From Chiloscyllium plagiosum (taxonomy: Eukaryota): a stretch of DNA of 52,335 bases. Position numbers and translations under genes: made by a program. How positions within the stretch are numbered: position 1 is the first letter of the stretch; each line of letters starts with the position of its first letter. The notes below the pieces were generated by a model. It saw nothing but the letters and a program-made list of their open reading frames with translations, was not told where the DNA came from and searched no databases. Location of the stretch: assembly GCF_004010195.1 (NCBI RefSeq), contig NC_057719.1, positions 52,968,745 through 53,021,079 on the forward strand, written 5' to 3'. Positions 51,500-52,335 of the stretch are shown here, in pieces.

Positions 51500-51845
51500 A
51501 CAGCTGTTGGATTAAATTTGTTTACTTCATTTAGTATCATCAGTCCACTTGAAAATATTATAATCGGTTCCCCAATCCAAATCATTTATAGAGAATTTAA
51601 AGAGTTGTGAACCTCGCACTAATCCTTGTACCCTACAAATAACAGCCTTTCATCCAGAAAATGATCCTTCCTATCTATTAGCCAACACTCAATTCATGCT
51701 TTTATATTTCCATGTGTTCTAAATGCATTTACTAACTTTCTGCATGGGACTTTATCAAAACTCTTCTGAAAATTCAAATACACCACATTCACTAGTTCTC
51801 CTTTGTTTTGCTATAAGCAAAATCCTCAAAAATCTCCAACAAACG
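51500..51845 (-). mobile_element. Old CR1 RT fragment
   Basis: Reversed VVYLNFQKSFDKVP and VQGLVRG motifs. Confidence 0.7.
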
Positions 51846-51849
51846 TGCA

Positions 51850-52085
51850 AAATGTACTGTGCTCATTGGCATAAAAATTTGAGTCTTGCATTCAAATATT
51901 CCATTGAATGTTTGATATGATAAAACCTTGCAATATTCCTGGAAATATGCTGCTACTGTATGATATACTCAATGGTATCAATGCGATATTGGGGAGCACA
52001 TTTCAGTAAGGATTTTGTAACAATACTGGGTATAAGGTTAGAAAGAGGTCATTATCATTTGTCTCTTGAGAATGGCATTTATTCA
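51850..52085 (-). pseudogene. Ig-domain remnant
   Basis: QGFIISNIQ then frameshift NGIFECKTQ (~51880-51930). Confidence 0.5.
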
Positions 52086-52116
52086 TTATCATGAGTTTCT
52101 GACATCGGTCTTCTTG

Positions 52117-52335
52117 AGCTGAAAATGTGTTGCTGGAAAAGCGTAGCAGGTCAGGCAGCATCCAAGGAACAGGCGTAAGCCCTTCTTCAGGAATGAGGAA
52201 AGTGTGTCCAGCAGGCTAAGATAAATGGTAGGGAGGAGGGACTTGAGGGAGGGGCGTTGGAATTGCGATAGGTGGAGGGAGGTCAAGGTGAGGGTGATAG
52301 GCCGGAGTGGGGTGGGGGCGGAGAGGTCAAGAAGA
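52117..52335 (-). mobile_element. Penelope-like element 3' end, running off the window
   Basis: Same family as 50427-50636 (gctgaaaatgtgttgctgg...gcccttcttcagg). Confidence 0.9.

Larger units (their letters stand above)
1..52085 (-). pseudogene. Putative decayed giant tandem immunoglobulin-domain gene or gene array, fragmented by TE insertions and probably extending beyond both window ends
   Basis: Minus-strand manual translation of inter-TE DNA repeatedly gives Ig hallmarks: B-strand Cys with G-x-P-x-P, C-strand W-x-x-D-G, and E/F-strand L-x-I-x-x-L-x-x-x-D-x-G/A-x-Y-x-C. These occur in more than 15 separate intervals, always on the same strand and always with stops or frameshifts. Confidence 0.65.

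Overview
AT-rich, repeat-dense vertebrate DNA. The repeat families point to a shark: CR1/HER1-type LINEs, HE1-type SINEs, a DeuSINE and Penelope-like elements. I can support no intact host gene, and most long ORFs in the supplied track are LINE fragments or antisense shadows. A large part of the window is transposon DNA, including two long CR1 ORF2 copies, a Tx1-like LINE, Penelope GIY-YIG fragments with many hammerhead-ribozyme-bearing pLTR stubs, SINEs, a solo LTR and a MITE. The main unexpected result is in the DNA between the transposons. Manual translation through stops and frameshifts gives immunoglobulin-domain motifs (V-set and I-set type) on the minus strand in nearly every non-repeat interval I examined, from about position 1 to about 52080. 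At 23.8-28.9 kb the domains lie back-to-back with no room for introns. I interpret this as the TE-fragmented fossil of a very large tandem-Ig gene (or gene array) with multi-domain exons, which I cannot name. The call rests on by-eye motif recognition and needs frameshift-aware profile searches. Repeat boundaries are approximate.
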